Positions 63,824-64,000 of a DNA stretch of 64,000 nt are shown here, piece by piece; position 1 is the stretch's first letter; each line of letters begins with the position of its first letter. The notes below the pieces were generated by a model. That model ran no database searches, was not told the DNA's origin, and worked only from the letters and a program-made list of their open reading frames with translations. The stretch spans positions 106,968 through 170,967 of the forward strand of contig VGVQ01000004.1 of NCBI GenBank assembly GCA_016874005.1, given 5' to 3'. This DNA is from Gemmatimonadota bacterium (GTDB lineage: Bacteria; Gemmatimonadota; Gemmatimonadetes; Gemmatimonadales; GWC2-71-9). A program made the position numbers and the translations under genes.

Positions 63824-64000
63824 ATGGTCGCCATGCTGGACGAGGTCTTTCTCGATCTCGGCGGTATCCCGGTTCTCGCTGGGTTGTCGCTGCGGTTCCC
63901 CCCCCGGCGCAGACCCACGCCATCCTGGGCCCGAGCGCTGGGGCCGAGGCGCCTGAGCCGAATCCGACTGGCGCCAGTCGGGCGTTACTTCGCAGTCGTA
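63824..64000 (+). pseudogene. ABC-transporter ATPase-like N-terminus, apparently frame-shifted at a C8 tract; runs off the window
   Basis: From ATG 63824 it reads MVAMLDEVFLDLGGIPVLAGLSLRFPP. The ABC-like continuation AQTHAILGPS... is in the +1 frame after the C8 tract (63898-63905), and the expected Walker A GxxGxGKS/T is not intact. Confidence 0.3.
63898..63905. repeat. C8 homopolymer tract
   Basis: Read directly and consistent with track ORF 63654..63956 (GSPPGAD). Confidence 0.9.

Noticed and set aside
1-64000. Search for CRISPR arrays, tRNA/rRNA genes, IS elements, integrases and phage genes
   Set aside because: I saw no spaced direct-repeat arrays, no cloverleaf-like or rRNA-like segments in the intergenic regions read, and no transposase or integrase-like translations. 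This was an eye scan only, not a tRNAscan or Infernal run.

Overview
The window is about 64 kb at roughly 70% G+C (by eye) and is densely coding, with about 50 confident CDS. I found no rRNA, tRNA, CRISPR array, transposase or integrase. The gene content points to a Gemmatimonadota- or Acidobacteriota-like soil bacterium (inference): a PadR plus ADOP duplicated-permease pair, a CBM9-like/DUF5916 outer-membrane protein, a Hanks kinase fused to a PD40 propeller, and many signal-peptide or lipobox-bearing peptidases and amidohydrolases.

Functional blocks:
- Secreted peptide and amide hydrolases: D-aminoacylase, two MBL-fold proteins, M19, M28, S15/CocE, M14, a beta-lactamase-like serine hydrolase and two further amidohydrolases.
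- A beta-oxidation divergon: acyl-CoA synthetase and glutathione peroxidase on one side, FadB-type and FadA-type genes on the other, followed by thrC.
- A copper amine oxidase and amidohydrolase_3 pair.
- A stress or dormancy-like cluster: DLH-type alpha/beta hydrolase, DUF2934, a Lys/Ala-rich small protein, tandem USP, phosphoribosyltransferase, lpxD, tandem USP.
- Class I fumarase, an OYE flavin reductase, and a TonB-dependent receptor with a Fur-box-like site.

The most unusual signal is not a gene. The octamer CGTTAGGC/GCCTAACG occurs 21 times, plus 2 TGTTAGGC copies, in both orientations. That is about ten-fold above a simple composition expectation. It recruits the rare TTA leucine codon and supplies the stop codon of four genes.

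Other points of interest:
- G9 tracts at the PRTase/lpxD junction and upstream of the DLH gene.
- Perfect palindromes in two divergent promoter regions.
- Repeated pairing of secreted NTF2-like proteins with secreted hydrolases.
- Two large orphan secreted proteins.
- Two probable gene remnants.

Many long alternative-frame ORFs in the track are high-GC artefacts and were not called.
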